Assembly: GCA_012518795.1 (NCBI GenBank)
Contig: JAAYRL010000019.1
Span: forward strand, 6,719-70,718
From: Clostridiaceae bacterium
GTDB taxonomy: Bacteria; Bacillota; Clostridia; Saccharofermentanales; DTU023
Direction: 5' to 3'
Length of the DNA stretch: 64,000 bases
Each line of letters begins with the position of its first letter. The first letter of the stretch is position 1. Shown one piece after another: positions 1 to 9,244 of this stretch. Below the pieces are notes generated by a model. The model had not been told where the DNA came from. It made no database searches and saw only the letters and a list, made by a program, of their open reading frames with translations. The position numbers were made by a program, and so were the translations under genes.

Positions 1-2
1 TA

Positions 3-173
3 CTAATCTTGGTCTATCGCACCAACCGGGCATACTGCAGCGCAAGCACCACAATCTATACATACGTCCGGATCAATTTCATATTGAGTATCACCAGCGG
101 AGATACAGCTTACCGGACATTCATCTGCACAAGCACCACACATGATGCATTGATCTGAAATTACGTGAGCCAT
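3..173 (-). CDS. 2x[4Fe-4S] clostridial-type ferredoxin (56 aa, below ORF-track cutoff)
   Basis: Manual translation from ATG at 173 gives MAHVISDQCIMCGACADECPVSCISAGDTQYEIDPDVCIDCGACAAVCPVGAIDQD, with stop TAG at 5..3. It has two CxxCxxCxxxCP motifs. An AGGAGG RBS lies 8 nt upstream (about 182-187). Confidence 0.85.
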   Translation of the reverse strand: MAHVISDQCIMCGACADECPVSCISAGDTQYEIDPDVCIDCGACAAVCPVGAIDQD

Positions 174-288
174 TTAGTTTTCCTCCTTACTCTTAACACG
201 GTTTTATTTTAACAAACTATATCTCTCTAAACAAGCTAAAATCAAAAGATTAGCTTTGTCTAATTCCTTAAGTCAAATCCAACTAAAT

Positions 289-470
289 AATAAACATATA
301 ATACTTAACTATATGATATGACTCCAACAATTTATTCATTACTGAAAACGAATAAACATATAATACTTAACTATATAATATGACTCCAACAATTTACTCA
401 TTACTGAAAATGAATAAACATTACAACGCTTAACAAAATGATATGACTCTTAATAAAATCTCAAAATGAT
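289..470. repeat. 62-bp tandem repeat, 2 near-identical copies plus 1 diverged copy
   Basis: Units start at 289, 351 and 413 (AATAAACATATAATACTTAACTATAT.ATATGACTCCAACAATTTA.TCATTACTGAAAA.G). The third copy is degenerate. Confidence 0.85.
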
Positions 471-525
471 TATTGTTAAATGCTTCACTTATTATTTAAT
501 GATTACACTTATTACACTTATTAAT

Positions 526-622
526 CTTGTTAATCTTATTAATCTTATTAATGAATGTTAATCAAAACCTACTTAATGCTTGTTAATCTTATTAATGAAT
601 GTTAATCAAATCCTATTTAATG
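526..622. repeat. Tandem repeat of about 44-53 bp running into the hisE stop codon
   Basis: CTTGTTAATCTTATTAAT(CTTATTAAT)GAATGTTAATCAAA.CCTA.TTAATG occurs at 526 and 579. The second copy ends on the hisE stop (TTA at 617-619). Confidence 0.75.
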
Positions 623-937
623 AAATCCTACGATTCTTCGACTTCTCAGTTCATTGGCAATTTCATCCCAAGTGATTCCTACGTTTTCAATAGCTACTGT
701 CAAGTGATAAAGAATATCCGCAGTTTCATGAATGATAGCTGCCTTCTCTTTGTCTTTAAGTGCGAGAATCAACTCAATAGTTTCTTCACCTATTTTGCGT
801 GCAATATAATCATCGCCTTTATCTTGTAAATAATTTGTATAAGAAGCAACTACAGGATTCTTACGCCGATCTTCCACCAATTGATATAAACCTTGTAAAA
901 TATTTTCCACCATTCTATTCTCCATTTTTATATACAT
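617..937 (-). CDS. hisE: phosphoribosyl-ATP pyrophosphatase (HisE / MazG-like all-alpha NTP-PPase)
   Basis: 106 aa. The stretch SYTNYLQDKGDDYIARKIGEETIELILALKDKEK..IHETADILYHL is typical of HisE. Confidence 0.75.
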   Translation of the reverse strand: MYIKMENRMVENILQGLYQLVEDRRKNPVVASYTNYLQDKGDDYIARKIGEETIELILALKDKEKAAIIHETADILYHLTVAIENVGITWDEIANELRSRRIVGFH

Positions 938-1042
938 TTATATACAATTTTATATACAATTATATACAATTTACATACATTTATTATCTAGTAAATAATT
1001 TCTCAATAGATAATTATTTAGTAAATAATTTTCTGTTAAAAT

Positions 1043-2227
1043 TTAATCTATGATTATTTTGGGTATTCTCTTAGTGATACCGCATAAAATTTCATAAGAA
1101 ATCGTCCCGGCTTGCTCGGCTAAATCATCCAAATCCCGATAAAAACCATTATGATCCTGGCCGAAAATCAAAACCTCATCACCAATTGTTGTTTGCGGTA
1201 AATCAGTTAAATCAAGCATTGTACGATCCATACAAACTCGTCCGATTATCGGGACTGTATGTCCGTTAATTAATACAGTTCCGGTATTGGATAGATGCCG
1301 ATCAAGACCATCTCCATATCCGGCTTCAATTGTACCGATTAGAGTTTGTCTTTGCGTAGTATATGTTTGACCGTATCCAACTGTTTCATTGACCGACGTT
1401 TGATGAACACCTGATATCTTTGAGAAAAAACTCATCACCGGTTTCAATTGTAATTTTTCTTTAATCTCTGAATTAGGACACCAACCATACATTGCAATTC
1501 CCAGACGTACATAACTCAAAGCAACTTCCGGCGAGAAAATTGCTGCGACACTGTTAGAACAATGCTGAATCTGAAAAACAATGTTTTTTGTTTCCAATTT
1601 TTTAATTGCTTTTTGAAAACGGTCAAATTGAATTTGGGTGAAATCTTTTTGCGGTTCATCAGCAACAGCAAAGTGGGTAAATATACCCTCTAATTCCAAA
1701 TTATCATTTTCAAATAATTTGATTACGGAATTAACCAGTTCAGAAGAGATTTTCTCTCTTACTGAAAATCCAATCCGATTCATACCGGAATCTATTTTGA
1801 TATGAATCTTTATCGGAGAGGTTAATCGCGTAAGTTTATTTTTAACTAAATATGAGTTTAGATCATTTAATAAAATTTGGCTGTCAAATTCCGATGCTAC
1901 AGTTTGAGTTAGATTATGCTCAATTAATGTTTTAACCATACCTTCTCGATAGGGTGATAAAATTAAGATCGGAGCTGCAATTTCAGCTTCACGTAATTTC
2001 AAGGCTTCTTCAACCGCGGCCACTGCCAAATATGTGCAACCAGCTTCTAAAGCCTGTTCAGCAACCCAAATTGCACCATGACCATATGCATCTGCTTTAA
2101 TCACAGCCATTATTTGAGTAGCAGGAGGTAAATTCATAGATATTTGGTTAATATTATGTCTTAATGCCTCTCCTGACAATTCGCACCAACTGCGCTGCTT
2201 TTTGAAGTCTATTGAATTAAAATTCAT
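1043..2227 (-). CDS. alr: alanine racemase
   Basis: 394 aa. It has the PLP-lysine motif AVIKADAYGHG and the C-terminal GYGDG / R.CMD signature. Confidence 0.9.
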   Translation of the reverse strand: MNFNSIDFKKQRSWCELSGEALRHNINQISMNLPPATQIMAVIKADAYGHGAIWVAEQALEAGCTYLAVAAVEEALKLREAEIAAPILILSPYREGMVKTLIEHNLTQTVASEFDSQILLNDLNSYLVKNKLTRLTSPIKIHIKIDSGMNRIGFSVREKISSELVNSVIKLFENDNLELEGIFTHFAVADEPQKDFTQIQFDRFQKAIKKLETKNIVFQIQHCSNSVAAIFSPEVALSYVRLGIAMYGWCPNSEIKEKLQLKPVMSFFSKISGVHQTSVNETVGYGQTYTTQRQTLIGTIEAGYGDGLDRHLSNTGTVLINGHTVPIIGRVCMDRTMLDLTDLPQTTIGDEVLIFGQDHNGFYRDLDDLAEQAGTISYEILCGITKRIPKIIID

Positions 2228-2410
2228 TAAACAATTACCTTATCGATATTCCGACATATTTATAATTTAGCAATATTTAATTTCATTAAACAATTGCCTA
2301 TTGATATATTCTGAAATATTATTAAATTTGGCAATATTTAATTTCATTAAACAATTGCCTATTGATATATTCTGAAATATTATTAAATTTAGCAAAATAT
2401 AATTTCATTA
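2220..2410. repeat. Tandem repeat of about 60 bp (3 copies) spanning the racemase-paralog stop / alr start junction
   Basis: AA(A/T)TTCATTAAA.AAT..CC units start at about 2220, 2279, 2340 and 2401. The first unit holds the alr ATG (2225-2227). The last holds the upstream gene's stop (2408-2410). Confidence 0.85.
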
Positions 2411-3490
2411 AATAATCACCTTGTTAACATATTCAGACGAAAAAATCCTATTTAAAGCAGAATAATTTAATGAAAAACTTATTTGATCTCCTATTGCCAG
2501 GTCACGATTATATTTAGATATATCAAAAATTGAAATATCCGGTGTTGATCCGATGTAATTAATACCTTTTTCTAAGGGTGTAATACCGCTAAAATCAACA
2601 TCTTGTGATCCGAGTGCCAAAATAACACGACGTACTATTCCAATATCTTCAAATTCCAATACCTGATCCTGATAATTAATGCCGATTGGTTCATTTGGTC
2701 GCGAATTCTTGCGTTGATTTTCAATTATTTCACTATTTAAACTAAACACATCCTGATGTAAATTTTTGATACGATGTCCATGGGATGTTTCCTTGCCCAA
2801 CAACCACGCTTTGCCTAAGACTAAATGGTTTATTTGCGTTGGAAAATCCTCCGAGTCTAATAAAGGAATAGTTCCGGAATTACCACCCGTTACATATTCC
2901 AATTCAATACCGAATCTTGATTCAATTTGGTTGATCAGCGAGGCAAAATCTTGTAATTTTTCTATTGTAGCAATTGAACCCGAAAAATAATTAAAACCGG
3001 CACCGATTCCTCTTAATTTTACTCCACGTAAATTAAGGATTTGATGGACAGTATTCAATAAATTTTCCGCTAAAATACCCGCTCCCAGATCGCCCATTTC
3101 TACTTGTAAAATCACACCATGAACTTTTCTCTCTACAACTGCAGCATCTGATAAAGCAAAAATTGTGTCTAATTCGGAATTAAACGAAATGTCAACTTTG
3201 TTGACTATCTCTCTCGCTTCAGAAATCATCGGGATTCTGGTTAATAGGGTTGAATCAGCATAGGGCTTAGCTTGGATTAAGTTATCTAAGCGAGAATCCG
3301 CAAATTTTCGAACTCCGGCTTCCGCCATGACTTTGAGCAAAGGCTCATAGGAACATATTCCTTGAGTAGCATAATGTGCAGTAATCCCTTTATCTTTAAT
3401 TAATTCTTGAATTATTTCAAGATTGTATCTTAACTTTTTACTATCAATCGTGACACACGGTAAGGACCTGATATAACCTTTGCCTTGCAT
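2408..3490 (-). CDS. alanine-racemase-fold (PLPDE_III) protein, ornithine racemase/YhfX-like, possibly catalytically degenerate
   Basis: 360 aa. The overall pattern matches the AR-like_1 family as recalled (..ADSRLDNL.., ..ISFNSELDT.., GDLG.G, GGNSG). The position expected to hold the PLP lysine reads ATQGICS. Confidence 0.6.
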   Translation of the reverse strand: MQGKGYIRSLPCVTIDSKKLRYNLEIIQELIKDKGITAHYATQGICSYEPLLKVMAEAGVRKFADSRLDNLIQAKPYADSTLLTRIPMISEAREIVNKVDISFNSELDTIFALSDAAVVERKVHGVILQVEMGDLGAGILAENLLNTVHQILNLRGVKLRGIGAGFNYFSGSIATIEKLQDFASLINQIESRFGIELEYVTGGNSGTIPLLDSEDFPTQINHLVLGKAWLLGKETSHGHRIKNLHQDVFSLNSEIIENQRKNSRPNEPIGINYQDQVLEFEDIGIVRRVILALGSQDVDFSGITPLEKGINYIGSTPDISIFDISKYNRDLAIGDQISFSLNYSALNRIFSSEYVNKVII

Positions 3491-3574
3491 TTTAAACCAT
3501 CCTATATTAATTCAAAATTATAAGTAAATAATTTTGTTGTTGATTCAATTAAATTGTTGATTTAATTGTTGATC

Positions 3575-3662
3575 TAATTAAACGCTATTTGTTTTTAATT
3601 AAACGCTATTTGTTTTTAATTAAACACTATTTGTTTTTAATTAAACACAATTTATTGTGATT
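3575..3662. repeat. 21-bp tandem repeat (about 3.5 copies) abutting the DUF4349 stop codon
   Basis: TAATTAAAC(G/A)CTATTTGTTTT units start at 3575, 3596, 3617 and 3638. The unit resembles the CDS end TTATTTGTTTTG at 3663. Confidence 0.8.
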
Positions 3663-4916
3663 TTATTTGTTTTGATTTTCCTTTTGTTCAAACTCTTGGT
3701 TCATAGTTTGATCACTGTTTTGATTTAATATTTGATCATTGTTTTGATTCATAGTTTGATCACTGTTTTGATTTAATATTTGATCACTGTTTTGATTTAA
3801 AGTTTGATCACTGTTTTGATTTAAAAATTGTTGATTTTCAATATACTTATCTTGAGGGAAACTTTGATCATATGCAACTGTTTGCGGATTATTTGTCATA
3901 AATGCCATCGCTTCAGCTTCTTGCTTTTGCTTTTTCGCCTTCTTACGTTTGCGATAAATTGCCAAAAGTATGAATAAAATCAATAAGAGCGGAATAATGA
4001 TCGGAGCAGATACCAGAATTCCGATTGCTAACCATTGAAAAAATGATACTACCGTACTAAGCACTGAGTTCCAACCGCTGCTTACCCAATATTTAAAATC
4101 GTCCCAAGTCATAGCAGAGAATTCAATTTCTCTTTTGCCGGATAGCGGTGCCTGTTTTTGCAAGAATTCAATTGATACATAGGAATAGTCTACCTGTGAA
4201 TCCCAGCGTTTGATCGATCCTTTAAGTAATTCAATTTCTTCAGTTAAATAGTCTATTTCTCCTTGAATATAGACCATATCTTCTATTTTCTTGGCATCAA
4301 GCAAAAATTCGTAGTATTTTTCCAATGATTTTTCAGCTGTGTCAAGTCTGATTGTTGCATCATAATAAGCATCTGTAATATCTTCTGCGTTTATTTTTAA
4401 ATAATTGACAATTTCAGTCTCGGAGATTTCTTCAATAAATTGATCCAAATTATCTGCCGGAACACCGAAATCAGCAGTTATTTGCAGTCTTGCATCGGTT
4501 TCACTACGATTAAGATTAGTCGCAAAGCCCTCATATTTTTCAACCAAGTCCAGAACGTTTTGATAGCTTTCTTCAACATCTTCACAACGCAATTCAACAT
4601 TACCATTTTTAATCAGTTTTCTTTGATTAGGCTCTGCTTCTTTTGTTCCTATACCAGGAGAATTTGCTTGTGGCTCTGCAGCTCTTTCTTCAGCAAGACC
4701 ATCGTATCCATATTCGTATTCGTAATCATATGCATCATCATAAGCCTCCATAGGAACGTCACTTTTATAGTTTCCTAAATCTGAAGTATCTTTTCGTGCT
4801 GAACTACTGCAACCCATTGCACTAAACACGATACTTAAAATAAAAATCAAATTTAATATAATTTTGATTTTATTAGTTTTATTAGAAGATTTAATTTTTC
4901 CAGAATAGTTTTTCAT
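3663..4916 (-). CDS. DUF4349-like lipoprotein with C-terminal TM helix and LNQNSDQT repeat tail
   Basis: 417 aa. It has a lipobox SAMGCSS, a central coiled-coil region resembling DUF4349, a TM helix and a basic stop-transfer segment. Five 8-aa repeats follow. A GGAGGAG RBS is present, and the start overlaps the ntpD end by 26 nt. Confidence 0.7.
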   Translation of the reverse strand: MKNYSGKIKSSNKTNKIKIILNLIFILSIVFSAMGCSSSARKDTSDLGNYKSDVPMEAYDDAYDYEYEYGYDGLAEERAAEPQANSPGIGTKEAEPNQRKLIKNGNVELRCEDVEESYQNVLDLVEKYEGFATNLNRSETDARLQITADFGVPADNLDQFIEEISETEIVNYLKINAEDITDAYYDATIRLDTAEKSLEKYYEFLLDAKKIEDMVYIQGEIDYLTEEIELLKGSIKRWDSQVDYSYVSIEFLQKQAPLSGKREIEFSAMTWDDFKYWVSSGWNSVLSTVVSFFQWLAIGILVSAPIIIPLLLILFILLAIYRKRKKAKKQKQEAEAMAFMTNNPQTVAYDQSFPQDKYIENQQFLNQNSDQTLNQNSDQILNQNSDQTMNQNNDQILNQNSDQTMNQEFEQKENQNK

Positions 4917-5625
4917 TTCTACTCCTCCGTTCGCGAATTTCTTTCTCTAAGATCAAATCTTTAACTTTCATCAATCTTGTCGTATTTGCTCTTTCATTTT
5001 CTTCCATTTTCATTGTGATCGAACGAATTGTATCTTCCAAATCAGGAATCATTCTATGTTCCAAAGAATTTACTCTTCGCCTGGTCTTTGCAATTTCACC
5101 GGCTAATAGTTGAGTTGTTTTCTCAACAGATGCCAGTTCTATCATTACCGGTAATACTTTAAGCAATGTCAAAATAGCAAAATCTAATTCACCCGAAACA
5201 CCGGAAAAACCATAAGGGATATAAGTAGTATGTCGCATTTGAGCCTTGCCTGTTTTTCCCATCTTATCATCAGGAAGGTCTCCAAGCATAGTCTGGTCAT
5301 GTACAAAAAACTCTGGTACTTGTACACTCATCAGATTCTTTCTTCTGGCTTGCAAAATCAAATTATCATAACCTGAGTATAATGCTGTTTCTATGACTTG
5401 TTTCGGCATTACAGCACGAGCCAAGACCATTTCACGGTTATATTCTCTGAGTAACTTTTCAACTTCCAAGCGTAATTGCTGATTGCGCTTAACTAATGAA
5501 ATAAATTGCCGCATAAGTTCATCACGTTTGTCTTTGAGCAACTTATGGCCTCGTCTTGCAACATTCAATTGTCCGCGAAGACGCATCAACTCCATTCGAT
5601 TCGGATTTACTCGCATAACAGCCAT
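4891..5625 (-). CDS. ntpD: V-type ATP synthase subunit D
   Basis: 244 aa. The N-terminus MAVMRVNPNRMELMRLRGQL..A.RGHKLLKDKRDEL is canonical for V/A-type subunit D. Confidence 0.9.
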   Translation of the reverse strand: MAVMRVNPNRMELMRLRGQLNVARRGHKLLKDKRDELMRQFISLVKRNQQLRLEVEKLLREYNREMVLARAVMPKQVIETALYSGYDNLILQARRKNLMSVQVPEFFVHDQTMLGDLPDDKMGKTGKAQMRHTTYIPYGFSGVSGELDFAILTLLKVLPVMIELASVEKTTQLLAGEIAKTRRRVNSLEHRMIPDLEDTIRSITMKMEENERANTTRLMKVKDLILEKEIRERRSRNEKLFWKN

Positions 5626-5902
5626 TTATTTCTCCCAATAAGTTTTTAATGTTCTGTTAACTTAAAAATTAAAAGGAAATCTGACATCTTTTTTCATCTT
5701 TAGTTAACAAAGCCAGTATTAATATGATCTTATTATACTACATATATGACGATAATAAACCGCTTCATTCATAATTTGTTAATAAATTGTTTAAAATTTG
5801 TTTAATTTTTATTCCTTAAATATTTCTAATTCATCTAAGTTTCATCTGCTTTTTTCAATTCTCCCTATTATTTTGAATTGTCAGTTTGCCCGGATTAATG
5901 GT

Positions 5903-7306
5903 TTAATTCTTTTCTGTTCGAGAACGTTCATAAATTTCAGCACGATAATAACGAGAAATATATTGTTCATCAATTCTGGTTAATTCATTTTTCGGCAAAA
6001 TAGATAGCAAATCCCACCCCAATTCTAAGGTCTCTTCAATACTGCGATTAAGAGTAAATCCTTGAGAAATATAACGGGCTTCAAATTCATCAGAGAAACG
6101 AGCATAAATGCGATCCATATCACTTAATGCTTCCTCTCCTAAAATAATTTCAAGCTCTTTTGCCTCTTTACCGCGCGAATAGGCTGCGAACAATTGATTC
6201 ATAGTATCAGCATGGTCGGAACGGGTTCTCCCCTCGCCGATCGCTTCGTCTTTTAACCTCGACAATGATGGCAATACATCAATCGGCGGCTGAATTGCTC
6301 TGTTATGCAAGTCCCTGCTTAAGATAATCTGGCCTTCTGTGATATATCCTGTTAAGTCCGGTATCGGATGTGTTTTATCATCATCAGGCATGGTCAGAAT
6401 CGGCATTAAAGTTATTGAGCCTTTTTTATCTTTTAAGCGTCCGGCACGTTCATATATTTGGGCCAAGTCGGTATATAAATACCCGGGATAACCGCGACGG
6501 CCGGGCACTTCTTTTTTGGCAGCCGAAACTTCACGTAAAGCTTCTGCATAATAGGTAATATCGGTAAGAATAACCAAAACATGCATGTCCAACTCGAATG
6601 CCAAATACTCTGCCGTTGTCAGGGCAACCCGTGGAGTTGCGATTCTTTCAATTGCCGGATCATTCGCTAAGTTGATATACATTACCGATCTGGAAATAGC
6701 GCCTGTTTCACGCAAATCTTCAATAAAGAAGTTTGCATCTTCAAATGTTATGCCCATTGCAGCAAAAACAACCGCAAATTTTTCTGAATCATCCAACACC
6801 TTGGCTTGTCTGGCTATTTGTGCCGCAAGATTATTATGCGGTAAACCTGATCCGGAAAAAATCGGTAATTTTTGACCGCGGACCAAAGTATTCAACCCAT
6901 CAATTGCAGAAACCCCGGTTTGAATAAATTCATCCGGATATTCTCTGGCAGCCGGATTCATCGGCAAACCGTTGGTATCCATTGTGGCAACAGGAATAAT
7001 CTCCGGTCCGCCATCAATAGGTGTTCCTAATCCGTCAAATACTCGACCTAACATATCCGGTGAAACCGGCAGTTCCATACCATGACCCAAAAAACGAACT
7101 TTACTTTGATCTACATTTATACCTAAAGAACTTTCGAAAAGCTGAACCAGGACATCGGTACCGTTAACTTCCAGAACTTGGCATCGTCTGACTTCTCCAT
7201 TCGGTAATATTATTTCACCAAGTTCATCATAGGCAACATCTTTTACGTTTTGTACCAACATTAACGGACCGGCTATTTCTTCTATAGTGCGATATTCTTT
7301 CGACAT
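5903..7306 (-). CDS. ntpB: V-type ATP synthase subunit B
   Basis: 467 aa. It shows clear V/A-ATPase B homology ([45 protein letters not shown]). Confidence 0.95.
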   Translation of the reverse strand: MSKEYRTIEEIAGPLMLVQNVKDVAYDELGEIILPNGEVRRCQVLEVNGTDVLVQLFESSLGINVDQSKVRFLGHGMELPVSPDMLGRVFDGLGTPIDGGPEIIPVATMDTNGLPMNPAAREYPDEFIQTGVSAIDGLNTLVRGQKLPIFSGSGLPHNNLAAQIARQAKVLDDSEKFAVVFAAMGITFEDANFFIEDLRETGAISRSVMYINLANDPAIERIATPRVALTTAEYLAFELDMHVLVILTDITYYAEALREVSAAKKEVPGRRGYPGYLYTDLAQIYERAGRLKDKKGSITLMPILTMPDDDKTHPIPDLTGYITEGQIILSRDLHNRAIQPPIDVLPSLSRLKDEAIGEGRTRSDHADTMNQLFAAYSRGKEAKELEIILGEEALSDMDRIYARFSDEFEARYISQGFTLNRSIEETLELGWDLLSILPKNELTRIDEQYISRYYRAEIYERSRTEKN

Positions 7307-7311
7307 TTTGT

Positions 7312-9099
7312 TTAAACCTCCCGGGGAATACTATCAGCAATCTCGGAATTTACTCTTTTGATAAATTCTTGATAGCTTTGCTCAATTTTTTCTTCCGGAA
7401 TATATTTCATTCTGGCTAACTCATCACGAATCGGCAAAGTAATAATTTTGTTGTAATCCGCATTCTTGTTTAAGGCATTCACAGCCTCATAATAGAAATT
7501 CATCAAACAATTTAACATATAAAATTGTTTCATTAACGAGGTATATGTATCGATTTCATGAAATGAATTCTGATGTAAAAAGTCCTCTCGAATCGAACGA
7601 GCGGCTTCTAATTTCAATCTATCTAAATGAGAAAGTGAATCATGTCCGACTAAACGTACTATTTCTTGTAACTCAGACTCTTCTTGCAATAAAACCATTG
7701 CATCTTTACGCAATTTTGACCAAGAGGCAGAAATATGTTCATTCATCCAATTATCAATTTTCTCGCTATATAAAGAATAACTGGACAACCAATTGATTGC
7801 CGGGAAATGTCTTTGGTATGCCAAAGCTGAATCTAAACTCCAAAAAACCTGAACTATCCTAAGTGTAGATTGGGCAACCGGATCCGATAAGTCACCACCC
7901 GGAGGCGAAACTGCACCAATTGCGGTTAAAACTCCTATACGTTGATCACTGCCCAAACACTGAACCATGCCGGCTCTTTCGTAGAATTGAGCCAGTCGCG
8001 AACCTAGATAAGCCGGATAACCTTCTTCACCGGGCATTTCTTCCAGACGACCCGACATTTCACGCAAAGCCTCGGCCCAACGTGAAGTTGAATCTGCCAT
8101 AATCGATACTGAATAGCCCATATCTCTGAAATATTCGGCAATTGTAATACCTGTATAAATTGATGCTTCACGTGCAGCAACCGGCATATCGGAAGTATTG
8201 GCGATCAAAATTGTTCTTTCCATTAAAGGACGACCTGAATTCGGATCATCCAATTTCGGAAACTGATTTAGTACGTCAGTCATCTCATTGCCACGCTCGC
8301 CACAGCCTATGTACACAACAACATCAGCTGAAGCCCATTTTGCCAATTGATGCTGGATAACAGTTTTGCCACTGCCGAAAGGACCGGGAACAGCGGCTGT
8401 ACCCCCTTTAGCAACCGGGAAGAATGTATCAATAGAACGTTGCCCCGTAATTAAAGGTTCTCCAGGCGAGAATTTTTGTTGATATGGTCGACCGATACGC
8501 ACCGGCCATTTTTGCATCAGAGAAATTTCATGTTCTTGTCCTTTTGGATCAACAATTACAGCGACTATATCTTCGACCGTAAAGATGCCGCTTTTAATGT
8601 CTTTGACTGTCCCGGAAACTCTCGGCGGAACCATTATTTTATGCTGTAAAATCTCGGTTTCTTTAACTTCGCCCAGAATATCTCCGGCAACAACTTGATC
8701 ACCGACTGTAACTTGCGGTTTGAATTTCCAGGTCTTTGTTCTGTCCAGAGCTTTAACCGTTGCGCCACGTTTTATGTTAGCACCTTCAATTTTTACTAAC
8801 TCTTCCAAAGGTCTTTGAATTCCGTCATATATTCGGCCGATTAATCCGGGGCCTAATTCAACTGAAAGCGGCTCATGCTGCGAAACAACTACTTCACCCG
8901 GTGCTAAACCCGCAGTTTCTTCATAAACCTGAATTGATGCCTGATCTCCATGCATTTCAATAATTTCACCAATTAAATTTTTATCGGAAACTCGCACTAT
9001 GTCAAACATATTTGCATCTCGCATACCGTCAGCCACAACCAACGGTCCCGATATTTTAATTATACGACCTTGTTTGGTATCACTATTCAAACTCATCAT
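7312..9099 (-). CDS. ntpA: V-type ATP synthase catalytic subunit A
   Basis: 595 aa. It has the Walker A GPFGSGKT, plus GERGNEM and SRWAEALRE motifs. Confidence 0.95.
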   Translation of the reverse strand: MMSLNSDTKQGRIIKISGPLVVADGMRDANMFDIVRVSDKNLIGEIIEMHGDQASIQVYEETAGLAPGEVVVSQHEPLSVELGPGLIGRIYDGIQRPLEELVKIEGANIKRGATVKALDRTKTWKFKPQVTVGDQVVAGDILGEVKETEILQHKIMVPPRVSGTVKDIKSGIFTVEDIVAVIVDPKGQEHEISLMQKWPVRIGRPYQQKFSPGEPLITGQRSIDTFFPVAKGGTAAVPGPFGSGKTVIQHQLAKWASADVVVYIGCGERGNEMTDVLNQFPKLDDPNSGRPLMERTILIANTSDMPVAAREASIYTGITIAEYFRDMGYSVSIMADSTSRWAEALREMSGRLEEMPGEEGYPAYLGSRLAQFYERAGMVQCLGSDQRIGVLTAIGAVSPPGGDLSDPVAQSTLRIVQVFWSLDSALAYQRHFPAINWLSSYSLYSEKIDNWMNEHISASWSKLRKDAMVLLQEESELQEIVRLVGHDSLSHLDRLKLEAARSIREDFLHQNSFHEIDTYTSLMKQFYMLNCLMNFYYEAVNALNKNADYNKIITLPIRDELARMKYIPEEKIEQSYQEFIKRVNSEIADSIPREV

Positions 9100-9134
9100 T
9101 GTTATCCTCTATTATCAGCTTAATTCTAAAACAT

Positions 9135-9244
9135 TATTTAAAGTTATTATCTTCTTTATTTAAAGTTATTATCTTCTTTATTTAAAGTTATTATCTTCTT
9201 TATTTAAAGTTGTTATCTTCTTTATTTAAAGTCATTATCTTCTT
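9135..9244. repeat. 22-bp tandem repeat (4 intergenic copies plus the founding copy, which is the 3' end of the subunit F CDS)
   Basis: TATTTAAAGT.ATTATCTTCTT units start at 9135, 9157, 9179, 9201 and 9223. The last unit encodes ..EDNDFK-stop of the gene ending at 9222. Confidence 0.9.

Noticed and set aside
938-1042. A possible regulatory repeat TATATACAAT x4 and a TAGTAAATAATTT x2 repeat lie between hisE and alr.
   Set aside because: The words are very short and AT-only in an extremely AT-rich spacer. They cannot be distinguished from low-complexity sequence without statistics.
6370-8360. Multiple 60-96-aa plus-strand ORFs lie within ntpB/ntpA, and similar antisense ORFs lie within clpC, icd, the liv genes, the purine permease and putP.
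   Set aside because: All lie antisense to long, strongly supported conserved genes. They lack RBSs and are typical shadow ORFs.
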